From positions 320,001 through 384,000 of the forward strand of contig CAWBNQ010000003.1 of NCBI GenBank assembly GCA_963790205.1: DNA of 64,000 nucleotides. The letters run 5' to 3'. Below are positions 63,703 through 64,000 of this stretch, one piece after another. The notes under the pieces are model-generated. The model saw only the letters and a program-made list of their open reading frames with translations. It was not told where the DNA came from and ran no database searches. How positions within the stretch are numbered: the first letter of the stretch is position 1; every line of letters starts with the position of its first letter. The stretch comes from Nitrospirota bacterium (GTDB lineage: Bacteria > Nitrospirota > UBA9217). The position numbers and the translations under genes were made by a program.

Positions 63703-64000
63703 CTATCGGGAGCGGTTCTTATATGTTTTTATGCGCTTGTACGCCGTCGGGAAAAGCGCTAAGGCCGCCAGGACCGTCAAAGCGACGATCACCCGAGCGG
63801 AGAGGATTTCGGAGACTGCATTGATCGTTCCGATCTGGCGCCCGGCATAAGCGAATATGATAGTAACGGGGACGATCCCGAGCGCCGTTGTCCAGACGAA
63901 TGTCTTGACGGGTATGCTCGTGAGCCCTGATAAAAAATTGATCATAAAGAAGGGAAACGCAGGGATCAGCCGTACGGTCAGCAGGTATCGCGGACCGTTC
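63703..64000 (-). CDS. TVP38/TMEM64 (VTT/DedA-like) membrane protein, 5'-partial
   Basis: RLIPAFPFFMINFLSGLT...FVWTTALGIVP runs off window end. Confidence 0.8.
   Translation of the reverse strand, partial: NGPRYLLTVRLIPAFPFFMINFLSGLTSIPVKTFVWTTALGIVPVTIIFAYAGRQIGTINAVSEILSARVIVALTVLAALALFPTAYKRIKTYKNRSR

Overview
A GC-rich (~60% by eye) bacterial chromosomal segment. Gene order (pgpA-cinA-thpR-recA-pilT-recX-alaS; tRNA cluster-tig-clpP-clpX-engB; dprA-smg-topA-xerC-hslV-hslU-argB) suggests a Nitrospirota/Desulfobacterota-type organism (inference). The right half (31-64 kb) is mostly housekeeping genes plus 7 tRNAs. The left half is accessory: msrAB, an RND efflux operon with about 7 frameshifts (probably long-read errors), redox enzymes, an orphan encapsulated-ferritin-like gene, a Ser/Thr kinase-cNMP fusion, a PA2779/PA2778-type double-glycine/C39 module and an orphan GroES with a histone-H1-like tail. 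Best candidates for a new system: (1) a translationally coupled operon at 1989-4550 encoding a membrane histidine kinase, a receiver-TPR protein ending in a HEPN-like RxxxxH domain (possible phosphorylation-gated RNase) and a degenerate MotB/OmpA-like membrane protein; (2) a pseudo-STAS/GHKL kinase (21886-22743) and a STAS-wHTH protein (30320-30880), resembling a CapK/CapS pair, split by a ~7.5 kb insertion and lying directly upstream of the cinA-recA block. A RAYT transposase with flanking REP hairpins, a 43-nt palindromic mini-element (one copy nested in another) and many 7-/9-mer periodic intergenic palindromes are also visible. No CRISPR array or rRNA was seen. All family calls come from motifs read by eye; no database searches were run.
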